Shown one piece after another: positions 1-13,584 of a DNA stretch of 64,000 nt. The stretch spans positions 14,632,001-14,696,000 of the forward strand of contig OZ024751.1 in assembly GCA_964016885.1 (NCBI GenBank), read 5' to 3'. A model generated the notes under the pieces. It ran no database searches and was not told the origin of the DNA. It was given only the letters and a program-made list of their open reading frames with translations. The DNA is from Eledone cirrhosa. Its lineage: Eukaryota. The translations under genes and the position numbers were made by a program. Each line of letters starts with the position of its first letter. Position 1 is the stretch's first letter.

Positions 1-453
1 ACCACATGTGACACGATAAAGAACATGATTGTTTTGGTGCCATCATGAAAAAATTAGGAATGGCATCCAGCCATAGAAACCAAGTCAGAGCCAGTTCTGT
101 ATGAGTAAGACATGGTCACCTGATTTGACAGTGGGACAACTTGTCTAACCCATGCTAGTGTGGAAAAATGGACATTAAAGAGTGATGATGATACAGAGGC
201 AGATATGTGTAGTCAAAGACATGCAGATATATATACACATGTGGATACATACACAATGCATTTATATACAAACAGACGCAGAGATACACACACACACACG
301 CGCGCGCGAGCGCACACACACAGGCAGATATATATATATACATAAACACACACACACACAGGCAGATATATATACATAAACACACACACACACAGGTAGA
401 TATACATATATATATATATATAACATACACAAACATACAGGTATTCATTCATT

Positions 454-783
454 CATTTCATTTTATGTCTGCTTTTCCCTGCTTGCAAGGGTGAGACGGG
501 AACAGATTCTGGCTTGATTTCTACAGCTGGATGCCCTTCCTAACACCAACCTCATTTACAGTGAGTGCTGGGTGCTTTTTTGCCGTGGCACCTCCACGGC
601 TACTTTGCAGTGGAATGATATGGACCCCAGTCCCTATCATCTCATTTCTACAGCTGAGTAAACTGGAGCAATGTGAAATAAAGTGTCTTGCTCAAGGAAA
701 CAACACATCACCCGGTCTGAGAATTGAACTCACAACCTTTCGATTGTAAGGCCAATGCTCTAACCACTAAGCCATGTGCCTCC
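454..783 (-). mobile_element. tRNA-head CORE-type SINE (S1), full length
   Basis: A box TGGCTTAGTGG, B box GAGTTCAATTC, CORE-like CCTTGAGCAAGACACTT, then GGAAGGGCATCCAGC segment and (ATG)n-like tail; near-identical to six other copies. Confidence 0.9.
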
Positions 784-798
784 ATTATATATATATAT

Positions 799-858
<60 letters not shown>

Positions 859-982
859 GCAGATATATATATTTATTTATATATCAATATAACTGTGCTG
901 ATTGTTCGATTCCAGTTTTGGCAGTCAAAACTGGAATCGAACCATCAGCCCAGTTGAGGTATGTCATACATCAATTTATATA

Positions 983-1044
983 TTTTATCTGATGAGGACG
1001 TACTGAAAAACCAGCACAGTACCTCCGAAATATATATAATAAAA
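983..1044 (+). ncRNA. Type-I minimal hammerhead ribozyme, family A (PLE-like terminal repeat)
   Basis: ttttat-CTGATGA-ggacgtactg..cagtacctcc-GAAA-tatata-TA-ataaaa; stems I and II pair; predicted cleavage after 1038. Confidence 0.85.
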
Positions 1045-1578
1045 CATATTTTGATTATGTGAATGTATCCATTTATTAATATTTTGAGTAATATATATAT
1101 ATGTATATATATAAACCCATGCTAGCGAGGAAGATAGTCGTTAAACGATGATGATGATATATATATAAATACACACACACACACATACATACATACAGGT
1201 ATATACATATATATATATATATATAAACATACATATACAGGCAGAAATAATAATATACAAAGACAGCCACACTCACCAGGGGAAAAGACAGTGTCAGTAT
1301 GGATAAAAGGAAGTGAATGGCAGTTGTTAGATCAATAAAAAAAGTTCAAGAAATCAATATCTGAGCAAACATTGAGCTTTGATTGGTTTACGTTGTATTA
1401 GATTCTTGGAAAAGAAGATTGCAGCTTTAATTTCCTGTCAAAAGAACTGTCTTAGCTTGTGAAGCCAGACATATTGGCTTGATTGATTGAACCAATTGGC
1501 TTGTAGATAGAGAAAATTGGACCAATCGAATATAGGTTAGTTCTCTGATGTAGTTGGGTGCTGAAGATAATGGTCTTT

Positions 1579-2113
1579 GGTGGTGGATATAGTGGTATGT
1601 TGGTCAGTGTGGTAGATTGGTGGTGGATATAGTGGTATGTTGGTCAGTGTGGTAGATTGGTGGTGGATATAGTGGTATGTTGGTCAGTGTGGTAGATTGG
1701 TGGTGGATATAGTGGTATGTTGGTCAGTGTGGTAGATTGGTGGTGGATATAGTGGTATGTTGGTCAGTGTGGTAGATTGGTGGTGGATATAGTGGTATGT
1801 TGGTCAGTGCGGTAGATTGGTGGTGGATATCGTGGTATGTTGGTCAGTGTGGTAGATTGGTGGTGGATATAGTGGTATGTTGGTCAGTGTGGTAGAGATA
1901 ATGGTATGTTGGTCAGTGTGGTAGATTGTTGGTGGATATAGACAGGTGGTGTGGAGATAGTGGTGTGTTGGTCAGTGCGGTAGATTGTTGGTGGATATAG
2001 ACAGGTGGTGTGGAGATAGTGGTGTGTTGGTCAGTGTGGTAGATTGGTGGTGGAGATAATGGTATGTTGGTCAATGTGGTAGAAATGGGGTGGATATAAT
2101 GGTATGTTGGTCA
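1579..2113. repeat. 40-bp minisatellite
   Basis: ggtggtggatatagtggtatgttggtcagtgtggtagatt, about 8 near-perfect copies plus variants. Confidence 0.95.
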
Positions 2114-3434
2114 AAGACCAATGTGGTAGAGAGAAAGCCCAAACCAGACTTTTATATAAGAAATAAAAATACACAAAACAAATACAATAAAATACAACCT
2201 GTTTATACAGGTTTCTGATTTATATATAATTAGTCTAATTATAATTAGTTTTTATTGTCTATTTTATATTCTGTTTTACTAATTTATTTATTTATTTTTG
2301 TGTATGGGGTCACTGAGGGGTCAAGGATTCGATGAACTAAAACGCTAACCTTTACCATTTATATTACTCTATATATACTATTGTATTTTCATGGTAAAGG
2401 CTTTATCTTACATAATATCGAATGTATGACATTTTGATGTTATTTATTTTGAGAACAATACCTCAACATAAATATGAGTGGCCCGTTATGGCCAGTTCAA
2501 ACAGAAAGAGGCGAGAGAATTCTGGCCGGATATGGCCGGTTTAAATGCTAAAGGGATCTCTGATCTAATCGTGTGTTACTAAAAACACAAATAGCTGCAG
2601 TATTCTTTGTTCATTCAGTATATTTTTAACCATTTTTTTCTCCCACATGATCTTATTTTGCACACACTCCTCCCTACACACACACACACAAAAAAATCAA
2701 TTATGGGGAAACTTGTGTGATTTTTCACTAGAGTCTACAACATATAGATATATATATATATAATATTGAATGAATAATTTCTACACAGACAACCTGACAA
2801 TAACCAGTTTCATTCACAAAAGTACATTCTAACACAACCATGACCACTACAGCTGCCATTACCACCACCACTATCACCAGTGCTGCTGCAGCCATCACCA
2901 CCACCACCATTACGGTTATCATCAACACCACCGTTGCCACCATCACCACTACTACCACCACCGCTACTACTGTCACCACCAACAACGCCACAACCACCAC
3001 CACCAGCCAGCTATTCACCAACACTGACACAATCACCACTACCACTGCTACTACCGTCACCACCAATGCTACCACAGCCCCCACCACCAGCCATTCACCA
3101 ACAATGACACCATCACCACTAAAACTACCACCATCACCATCACTACTAAAGTCACCGCCAGCTAGCCATTCACCTTCACTGACACCATCACCATCACCAC
3201 TACCACTGCAGCCACCACCACCACCACCACCTTAACCAATTCTACCACTGACACCATCACCACTACCACTGCAGCCACCACCTTAGCCAATTCCACCACT
3301 GCAACCATCAACAACAACAAAACATCAAAGCAACTCTGCTTCCATCTTGTCTCATGAAATGACATTATTTTCTTCTTTCTGTGAGGTGTGAGGTGGAATG
3401 TTTCTCATTTGACATTTGACCTCAGTAAATAGAA

Positions 3435-3990
3435 TGGACCTCCGTTGGTTTTGACAATGAATGTTCCAGTTGTTCAATCATGAAATTACCATGCAAGTGG
3501 CTGAGTATTCCACAGATATGTATCCTTAACAGTTTTCAAGGAGACTCAATATGACAGTGTGAGTGAGTATGTATGCGGAACAAAGCTGACGCTTTAAATT
3601 TTAACCCTTTATCATTTACATTACATTATATAAACTATTGTATTTTCATGGTAAAGGCTTTATCTCACATAATATCAAATCTATGAGATTTTGATATTTA
3701 TTTTGAGAACAATACCTTAAAGTCGGTATGAGTGGCCAGTTATGGCCGGTTTGAACAGAAAGAGGTGAGAGAATTCTGACTGGATATGGCCGGTTTAAAT
3801 GCTAAAGGGTTAAGTAAGACTGGACTTCAGTTGATTTTGACAATGAATGTTCCAGTTGTTCAATCATGAGATTACCATGCAAGTGGCTGAGTATTCCACA
3901 GACATGTATCCACATAACATAGTTTCCAAGGAGACTCAATGTGACAGTGTGAGTATTATGTAGAACAAAGCTGGCTCTATCAAATTTAAG
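3435..3990. repeat. Two diverged copies of an approximately 165-bp repeat (probable old SINE tail) flanking a MITE
   Basis: ttttgacaatgaatgttccagttgttcaatcatga..gcaagtggctgagtattccacaga at about 3450 and 3835. Confidence 0.75.
3601..3813. mobile_element. piggyBac-like MITE (about 210 bp); degenerate copy at 2345-2556
   Basis: TTAA|CCCTTTA..TAAAGGG|TTAA: TTAA target site and terminal inverted repeats starting with CCC. Confidence 0.85.
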
Positions 3991-4289
3991 TAGAGATAGT
4001 CTAACAGGCTTTCAAATAGTCGCTGTCTACCAAATTTAACCCACAAGGTTTTGATCAATCTGAGGCTATGGTAAATGACACTTGCTCAAGATGGCTGGCT
4101 TCTTAAAGCCATTTGCTATGTTGTATCCACCTCTACCTCACTAAATAACAGAGTGGGGAAGGGGAGTATTGATTAAATCGAGCCCAGCGTGTAACTGGTA
4201 CTTTACATTTACAGTGTGTGCTGGGTGTTTTTGTCGTGACTCCTACCCGACCACTTTACAGTTCGATAAACTGGTACTTTACTTTATCG

Positions 4290-4497
4290 AACTGTAAAGT
4301 GGTCGGGTAGGAGTCACGACAAAAACACCCAGCACACACTGTAAATGTGTTTGGTGTTAGGAAGAGCATCCAATCGTAAAGACCAAGCCAAAGTCAGTTC
4401 TGTGTGAGCGAATCACGGTCCCCCGACCCGATCCCTTACAAAGGGACAGCCTGTCCTACCCATGCAAGCTTGGAAGATGGACGTTAAACAATGATGA
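4290..4497 (+). mobile_element. RTE-type 3' tail inserted in an S2 SINE; other tails at about 35-192, 20975-21115(-), 28300-28563, 36403-36510(-), 49900-50095(-), 50311-50420(-), 50605-50782, 61238-61401
   Basis: gttaggaagagcatcc..cccatgcaagcttggaagatggacgttaaacaatgatg. Confidence 0.7.
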
Positions 4498-4744
4498 CAG
4501 GCAAAGCTAACCTCAGAATGTAAAGAGCCTGAACAGATATCACAAGACATTTTACCCAGCGCTCTAACGATTCTAGCAACGCACCACCGTAAATAATAGC
4601 AATAATAACAAGAACAACTTTGAATAAATGTAACATCTATACATCTATATATATATATATATATTGTTTAGAAAACGTAAGAGAAACACAAACCCGAGGA
4701 GAATTCCCACTCTTCGGCTGTCTGCTGTGGGTTGCTCATGTTTC

Positions 4745-5612
4745 GACGCATTAAAGACAGTACATCTCACCACAGTGCGTTAATAACTATGACTCATTAA
4801 AGACAGTACATCTCACCACAGTGCGTTAATAACTATGACTCATTAAAGACAGTACATCTCACCACAGTGCGTTAATAACTGACGCATTAAAGACAGTACA
4901 TCTCACCACAGTGCGTTAATAACTATGACTCATTAAAGACAGTACATCTCACCACAGTGCGTTAATAACTATGACTCATTAAAGACAGTACATCTCACCA
5001 CAGTGCGTTAATAACTGACGCATTAAAGACAGTACATCTCACCACAGTGCGTTAATAACTATGACTCATTAAAGACAGTACATCTCACCACAGTGCGTTA
5101 ATAACTGACGCATTAAAGACAGTACATCTCACCACAGTGCGTTAATAACTATGACTCATTAAAGACAGTACATCTCACCACAGTGCGTTAATAACTATGA
5201 CTCATTAAAGACAGTACATCTCACCACAGTGCGTTAATAACTGACGCATTAAAGACAGTACATCTCACCACAGTGCGTTAATAACTATGACTCATTAAAG
5301 ACAGTACAACTCACCACAGTGCGTTAATAACTATGACGCATTAAAGACAGTACAACTCACCACAGTGCGTTAATAACTATGACGCATTAAAGACAGTACA
5401 TCTCACCACAGTGCGTTAATAACTATGACTCATTAAAGACAGTACAACTCACCACAGTGCGTTAATAACTATGACGCATTAAAGACAGTACAACTCACCA
5501 CAGTGCGTTAATAACTATGACGCATTAAAGACAGTACAACTCACCACAGTGCGTTAATAACTATGACTCATTAAAGACAGTACAACTCACCACAGTGTGT
5601 TAATAACTATGA
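4745..5612. repeat. 46/44-bp minisatellite
   Basis: gactcattaaagacagtacatctcaccacagtgcgttaataactat, about 19 copies. Confidence 0.95.
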
Positions 5613-6459
5613 GGTGTGTGTATGTAAAAGTAATAAACAAAAATAACAAAACAAACGGCACAGTACATGGAAGAAATATAACACTTGAAATAGCAGGAAG
5701 AGAGTATTAACATTTCTGGGAGGATATGTATATACCCATACCCATACACACAGAGTACATACACTCTTCACACACTATACACAGACACACAGTACATATA
5801 CTGCACATAGACTGTACACACACATCATACATACTATATGTACACATGTACGACACATGTACACGTACACACACAGAGGGCTGTGTTTGAGTTTAATCTT
5901 TTGTATTGAAGACTTTCCATATTTCTTCAACATTTCTGTGTAAGATTGTGTAGAAAGGAGTGAGGATTAGCAGGGTGGGTGTGGGTGGATGTGTCGGTGG
6001 GTGTGGGTGGATGTGTAGTTTGACGTTTTCTCTAATGGACACAGAAAGGTGACAGCTTCTGTGAATTATTTATTCCAGGACAAATGTGAAATGATGAAAG
6101 GGTTAAACAGGAGAACTTGACATAAACTGAACTTTATGAGAAGAAGAAAAAGAGATGAAACCCCCCACCAACTTCATCCCAACATAGTGGACAGAAAAGG
6201 GAAAGAAGAAAGAGACAGCAAGGTTTCTGGTTTGCCATGAAATTGAAACACATTTTTTTTTTTAAGTAGAGAAAAGAAGAAATAAATCGTGAAAGTGGAA
6301 CATGTTAAATTGTTGAATAGTTTGGTTGTAAATTAGAAGATCATGATAGGACTACATCCTCCTACCATTAGAAGAGGGGAAGAAACCTCCTAAAGAGATG
6401 CAATGTCAGGAGGCAGGCTAAACCTACACAGGTGTGAAACAATAACAACATTACAGAAT

Positions 6460-7435
6460 GGTTTGATGGTAACTCATAGACAATGGTTTGATGGTAACTT
6501 ACACAATGGTATGGTGATAACTTTAACTTATATACAATGCTTGGTAGTAACCTACAGAATGGTGGTAACTTATACAATAGTTTGGTGGTAACTTACAGAA
6601 TGGTGGTAACTTACACAATGGTATGATAACTTATATACAATGGTATGATAACATATACAATGGTATGTTAGTAACTTATACAATGGTTTGGTGGTAGCTT
6701 ATACAATGGTTTGGTGGTAGCTTATACAATAGTTTGGTGGTAGCTTATACAATAGTTTGGTGGTAGCTTATACAATAGTTTGGTGGTAACTTATACAATA
6801 GTTTGGTGGTAACTTACAGAACGGTGTGGTGGTACCTGATATACAATGGTATGGTGGTAACTTATATACAATGGTATGGTGGTAACTTATATACAATGGT
6901 ATGGTGGTAACTTATATACAATGGTATGGTGGTAACTTATATACAATGGTATGGTGGTAACTTATATACAATGGTATGGTGGTAACTTATATACAATGGT
7001 ATGGTAGTAACTTATATACAATGGTATGGTGGTAACTTATATACAATGGTATGGTGGTAACTTATATACAATGGTATGGTGGTAACTTATATACAATGGT
7101 ATGGTGGTAACTTATATACAATGGTATGGTGGTAACTTATATACAATGGTATGGTAGTAACTTATATACAATGGTATGGTAGTAACTTATATACAATGGT
7201 ATGGTAGTAACTTATATACAATGGTATGATGGTAACTTATACAATGGTATGGTGGCAACTTATACAATGGTATGGTGGCAACTTATACAATGGTATGGTG
7301 GTAACTTATACAATGGTATGGTGGTAACTTATACAATGGTATGGTGGTAACTTATACAATGGTATGGTGGTAACTTATACAATGGTATGGTGGTAACTTA
7401 TACAATGGTGTTTGATGGTAAATTATAGATGGTAA
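6460..7435. repeat. 23/25-bp minisatellite
   Basis: atacaatggtatggtggtaactt(at). Confidence 0.95.
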
Positions 7436-7831
7436 CTCGAACGAGCCCCATGCATTTTTCATGGCAGTGCCCCAGCATGGCCTCAGCTTGAACACGTAAA
7501 AGAATAAAAGAGTAATGGTTTGATGGTAACTTACAATATAGTTTGATGGTAGTCAGAACAATGAAAACAATGCAAGTTACAGTGAATGGTGTCCGTGTGA
7601 AGTGAATTGTTGAAATAACTTCATGTGAGAAGAAGACAGGAGAAGAATGTAGGATACTAACGAGAAGAGAAAATTACAGTAATTAACAGGACTAATTGGG
7701 ACGAACTTGTTGTAATCTTGTTGTCACCTTACTCACAGAGGTAGATAATAGGCTAGGTGTATTAAGGAGAGCTACTAGAGGTGTGTTACATTAACATAGG
7801 AAATAATAACAATAATAATAATAATAATAAT

Positions 7832-8590
7832 GATTTTTGATTTAGGCACAAGGCCAGCAATTTTTGAGGAAGGGGGAAAGTGAATTAAAGTGACCCCAGT
7901 ACATTACTGGTGCTTTATTTTTATCAACCCCATAAGGATCAAAGGCAAAGTAATAATTGTTTCTACTTTTGGCACAAGGCCAGCAATTAATCCAGTACAT
8001 TACTGGTACTTTATTTTATTGACCCCGTAAAGATGAAAGGCAAAGTCAACCTCGGCGGGATTTGAACTCAGATCGTAAAGGGCCGTAACTCTATGCTGGC
8101 AAGCATGGTGTCCGACCCTCTACCGATACTGCCAATCCACCGCCCATACAATAATAATAATAATGATTTCTAATATAGGCATAAGGCCCATTTTAGGGGA
8201 GGCAAAAGTCGATTAAATTAATCCAAGTGAGTTACTGGTACTTTATTTTATCGACCCTGTAAGGATGATAAGCAAAGCTAACCTCAGTGGGATTTGAACT
8301 CAGAACATAAAGGAACATTATGTCACAAAAGATGTCCGATGCTCTACTGATCCTGCCAATGTACTGCCCTCTAATAATTTCTGATTTAGGTACAAGGCCA
8401 GCAAATTAGGGGAAGTGGGGGCAAAAGTCAATTAATTGTATCGACCCCCAATACTTGACTGGTACTTCATTTTATCAACCCAGCAAGGATGAAAGGCAAA
8501 GTTAACCTCGGTGGGATTTGAACTCAGAACAAAGATCAGGCAGAAATACCACACAGCTTGTCTGACGTGTTAATCACTCTGCCAATCCAC
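7832..8590 (-). mobile_element. Cluster of four Deu/Nin-domain tRNA-derived SINEs (S2)
   Basis: Reverse complement has A box TGGCAGTATCGG, B box GAGTTCAAATCC, GACTTTGCCTTTCATC..GGTCGATAAAATAAAGTACCAG and (ATT)n tails. Confidence 0.85.
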
Positions 8591-8769
8591 CTAATTATAG
8601 TAATAATAATATGCTATTTAATTATAGTAATAATAATAACATTCTGACAGCAGTGAGTTTTTACTTGTATGTTATAATTATATATAGGAAACCAGTTCAT
8701 ATGACATAGTGTACTTACAGTTGATAGAAGTTTGGTGTGTATATAGTACATGACCACTATATATGCTAT

Positions 8770-9780
8770 ATAGAGTACAGGAGTACTCTATATAGTGTAT
8801 ATAGTGCAGGAGTACTCTATATAGAGTATATAGTACAGGAGTACTCTATATAGAGTATATAGTACAGGAGTACTCTATATAGTGAATAGAGTACAGGGGT
8901 ATTGTTAATAGTAGTGTATATAGTATATATAGTACAGGAGTACTGTTAATAGTTATGGTGTATATATATATATATATATATAGTACATGACTTCTATATA
9001 CACTATATAGAGTATAGGAGTATGTACACTACATATAGTACATATAATATAAGAGCACGGTATATAGTGAATGTAGTACAAGAGTATTATATAGAATGTA
9101 TATAGTACAGGAGTACTGTATGTAGAATATATACAGTACAGGAGTACTGTATATAGTATATATATATAGTACAGGAGTACTGTATATAGAGTATATATAG
9201 TACAGGAGTACTGTATATAGAGTATATATAGTACAGGAGTACTGTATATATAATATATATAGTACAGAAGTACTGTATATAGAATATATATAGTGCAGTA
9301 GTACTATATATAATATATATAGTACAGAAGTACTGTATATAGAATATATATAGTGCAGTAGTACTATATATAATATATATAGTACAGAAGTACTGTATAT
9401 AGAATATATATAGTGTAGTAGTACTATATATAATATATATATATAGTACAGAAGTACTGTATATAGAATATATATAGTGCAGTAGTACTATATATAATAT
9501 ATATAGTACAGAAGTACTGTATATAGAATATATATAGTGTAGTAGTACTATATATAATATATATATATATATAGTATAGAAAGTACTGTATATAGAATAT
9601 ATATAGTGTAGTAGTACTATATATAATATATATATATATAGTATAGAAGTACTGTACATAGAATATATATAGTGTAGTAGTACTATATATAATATATATA
9701 TATAGTACAGAAGTACTGTATATAGAATATATATAGTGCAGTAGTACTATACATAACATTTATATAGTACTACTATATAT
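8770..9780. repeat. AT-rich quasi-palindromic minisatellite with about 60-bp higher-order period
   Basis: tatagtacagaagtactgtatatagaatatatatagtgcagtagtactata. Confidence 0.9.
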
Positions 9781-11179
9781 AGTTAACCTTTCCCTTACCA
9801 TATTTCTATTGAAAAACACTGCCTATTGTTTTTAAATTGTATGTATGCACTATTTGTATCCATGTGTCTATGGTGTATGCATCTGTATGTCTGTACATAT
9901 AGTGTATATGTCTGTGTGTGGGGGGGGGTATACGTATGCGTGTGTGTGTATATGGTAGTGTATATATATGCAAGCGTGCGTGTGCATATAGTAGTGTATA
10001 TGTATGCGTGTGTGTGTGTGTGTATATGGTAGTGTATATATATGCAAGCGTGTGTGTGTGTGTGTGTGTGTATATGTGTATGCATGCATGTGTATATATA
10101 TATATATGGTAGTGTTTATGTGTGTGGTGTGTAATGTTTCACTTTATGCAAATGACATATGTCAATAAATCTATAAATACAGCTGAGCCAGGAAAGATAT
10201 CATATAAATAACTATGTTGATATCAAATTCCAGCAGCCACAGATACTGAAGGTGAGATTTTAAGGTTTCTTTCTTCTCATATCACATATCAAATATATTT
10301 CAATGGACAAACCCTTGCTAGCAGGGAAAGCAGACATTAAAACAATGATGATGATGGTGGTGCTGATGATGGGTATGGTGGTGGTGGTGATGAAACATTT
10401 CAACTTTTATCCCCCCCCCCCCCCGCAACTATCCTTCCACTTCACCCAACCCCACAACTCCATCCCTCCACCCCCACCTTTTACATGGTCAGAAAGTTTT
10501 GGGTTAATTTACTTTTTATCACTGACCTTTCACCTCTCTCCTGCTTGTTATTTCTCTCTATTATAATCTCCCGCCCCCCTCCGCCTCTTGACTGGAGGTA
10601 AGTAAGTAATGGAGAGGTTTGTTTAAAAAAAACCCCTTCCTCACTCCCTTCCTTTCTGCCCACTTCCCTCCTAAGTAGTAAGCCCTCCACTCCAGCCTTC
10701 CCTCCTCCACTCACCTAAGTAGTAAACCCTCCAACCTCTCTTCAAGATAAGATATCAGCCAACAGACTTTCTTACATTCATCTTAGTTTCACAAGTTGGC
10801 ATATGTTTAAACTCAAAAGACTATAGAATGTCAACATTCTCTGCCTAGCCAACCCTGCCAGCCTAGCCTGCCATCTTGTCTGTCTGTACTTTGATTTAAA
10901 TGGAGGAAACTAACAGGCTTGACCTGTAACAAATAACATCCATATCTCTTGAAGAAAATAAAAATAAAAATTATAGGGGAAGGGAAAAAGAAAAGGACCC
11001 TGATACACTGTGGCTGAATAAAAGACAGAAATATTTCACAAGTGAACTAGCTTTAATCATAGTTCTACTGAATTAAGCCAGGCCCAGGGCTAAATAAACA
11101 CTAACAGATGAGAGACCCCCCCCCCCACTCTCTACGTGGGTGGCCATGGTACCTATATCTACTAAAATATAAATATATG

Positions 11180-11310
11180 TAAAAGGTAAACAGAAATAAC
11201 AAAAATAACAGAACAACCGGCACAGTACATGGAAGAAATATATTAGTTTAATGCTTGAAATAGCAGGAAGAGAGTCTTAACGTTTTGGAAACTAGTCCTT
11301 CATCAGAAGA
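11180..11310 (-). mobile_element. PLE-like terminal fragment with degenerate hammerhead (G12>A); related tails at about 5625-5715 and 45680-45745
   Basis: Reverse complement: tctt-CTGATGA-aggactagtttcc-AAAA-cgtt-aaga followed by a shared tail ..ttcctgctatttcaagcattaaactaatatatttc.. Confidence 0.5.
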
Positions 11311-11869
11311 TAGAGTTAGAAACAGAAGATAAATAGAAAGTAAAGAGTGATGAGAGGAAGGAACGGGGGGGGGGGGGGGTAAATAAGAAAAAAAAGCGTT
11401 GTGCATATTCAGTCAACCAAAACCTCCAAATCAGTCTTTTTCACTGAAATACTCTTTCTTAACTGCTGGAAGATTATTCCAAATATATCTGGATGGTTGA
11501 TTTATATCAGTTGTCTGGATTAACACCACCACTTCATCATTGGAGAGCTTAAGCAGAGTCTACTCTGTTGGTAACATTCAGAACAGGTCTTCAGTTTGAG
11601 GATCTGAAGATCTCTCGTCCCACTCCACTAGTCTCAGAAGCCCCACAAAAGCCATGAACCCTGTAAAATCTATAGGCCTTGCAAAAGGTCATTGGTTTCT
11701 GCAAAAGCCAGCAAAGGTCATGGACACTGTCTTTTCTCATCTGACTGGTAACTGTTTTACAGTCAAAGTGACTGAGGCAAATATAGCAGTGTCTAAAGTT
11801 ATGTTATATTCATTACATAGGTTAGAATACATATCCTATGAATTAGGTACCACCCAACATGACAGCCAC

Positions 11870-12330
11870 ATTAGCCAAAGACCAACCAGTTTAGCCATAG
11901 CCAAAGACCAACCAGTTTAGCCAAAGACTAACCAGTTTAGCCATAGCCAAAGACCAACCAGTTTAGCCATAGCCAAAGACCAACCAGTTTAGCCAAAGAC
12001 CAACCAGTTTAGCCAAAGACTAACCAGTTTAGCCATAGCCAAAGACCAACCAGTTTAGCCATAGCCAAAGACCAACCAGTTTAGCCATAGTCAAAGACCA
12101 ACCAGTTTAGCCATAGCCAAAGACTAACCAGTTTAGCCATAGCCAAAGACCAACCAGTTTAGCCAAAGACTAACCAGTTTAGCCATAGCCAAAGACCAAC
12201 CAGTTTAGCCAAAGACTAACCAGTTTAGCCATAGCCAAAGACCAACCAGTTTAGCCATAGCCAAAGACCAACCAGTTTAGCCAAAGACTAACCAGTTTAG
12301 CCATAGCCAAAGACCAGCTAGTTTATCCAA
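11870..12330. repeat. 20/26-bp minisatellite
   Basis: ttagcc(atagcc)aaagaccaaccagt. Confidence 0.95.
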
Positions 12331-12536
12331 AGTCCAGAAGTAATGACTTTTTAATTATTTAGCCAGTCTAACTTAGTTGGAAAGTAGGTGTGAAATCAAT
12401 TTAAATGAGACAGAAGAACAGGGGGCGGGGGGGGGGGTCAGTTCAGTCAAATGGAAAGGGAGAGAGACATACAAATAGAGAGTGAGAGAGAGGAGGGGCA
12501 AGTGACAAATGGTCTGGCTGTTACACTTCAGAGAAC

Positions 12537-12589
<53 letters not shown>

Positions 12590-12724
12590 CAAGAAATACT
12601 ATAGCTGTCAAACATGATATGTTAAATGTTTTCTATTAGATATTGCAGGTTTAATCAAATTTGATGAGAACTGATACCTCATCTGACATTAATAGGCAGG
12701 AAGTATTGAGATCAACCTTTCTAT

Positions 12725-12970
12725 ATCTTTCTTACTATCTCACCTCCCCCTCTCTCTCTCTCTTACTATCTCACCTCCCCCTCTCTCTCTCTTACTATCT
12801 CACCTCCCCCTCTCTCTCTCTTACTATCTCACCTCCCCCTCTCTCTCTCTTACTATCTCACCTCCCCTCTCTCTCTTACTATCTCACCTCCCCCCTCTCT
12901 CTCTTACTATCTCCCCCCCTCTCTTACTATCTCACCTCCCCCCTCTCTCTCTTACTATTTCACCTCCTAT
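12725..12970. repeat. Pyrimidine-rich minisatellite of about 30 bp
   Basis: ctcttactatctcacctccccctctct. Confidence 0.9.
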
Positions 12971-13584
12971 CTTTCTCTCCCTCCTCTCCCTGACTCCCAC
13001 CACCACTTCCTCACCCCTTCTTTCTTTCTCTCCAACAAACAGCCAGAAAAGTTCCCTTCATGAAGACATGGGCTGATTCAGTCCAGGACTGACCCCTAAC
13101 AAATGATAAAGGAGAAGCAATAAAAGAGGATTCCACCGCCCAACTTTCACACACACACACACATACATACATAAACATATATACAAGAACATGCACACAT
13201 ATACACATATAACCTTTACCTACATGAAATAAAAATGGAAATACTACCACATCATTGTCAAATGGTAGAGTGGTGTGGTGGATATGGTGGAGTTGTGGTG
13301 GTGATGATGATGATGGTGGTGATGATGTGGAGAAGTGGGGATATGGAGAAGTGGGGGTGGAGATGAAAACTAAATCATATTTGGATCCACTCTTTTATGT
13401 AGAACCCATTAAGCCACACACACACAAACATCTCATGTTGTTGGTGAGTATTGAAAGAGACCTCAACTAGTAGTTAAACTAAATTAGCCAACACCACCAC
13501 CAACAACAACAACCAACACCACCACCACCAACCCATGTCAGTGCTGAGTATGGAAAGAGACCAACAACAACAACACAACAATAA

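Noticed and set aside
1380-1527. Cluster of CCAAT/ATTGG words
   Set aside because: No CpG enrichment or downstream exon; insufficient to call a promoter.
2840-3320. Mucin-like Thr/Pro-rich ORF (similar cases at 24823, 29351 and 52657)
   Set aside because: (ACC/CAT/ACT)n low-complexity tracts, open in several frames.
4745-5612. CRISPR-like regular repeats (also 40277 and 21885)
   Set aside because: Head-to-tail tandem units with no unique spacers and no cas genes; eukaryotic context.
10493-10603. Consensus donor GAG|GTAAGT (another on the minus strand at about 60473-60481)
   Set aside because: No convincing acceptor or coding frame; such motifs occur by chance in 64 kb.
11654-11920. 88-aa non-repetitive ORF
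   Set aside because: No recognisable motif, and it runs into a minisatellite.
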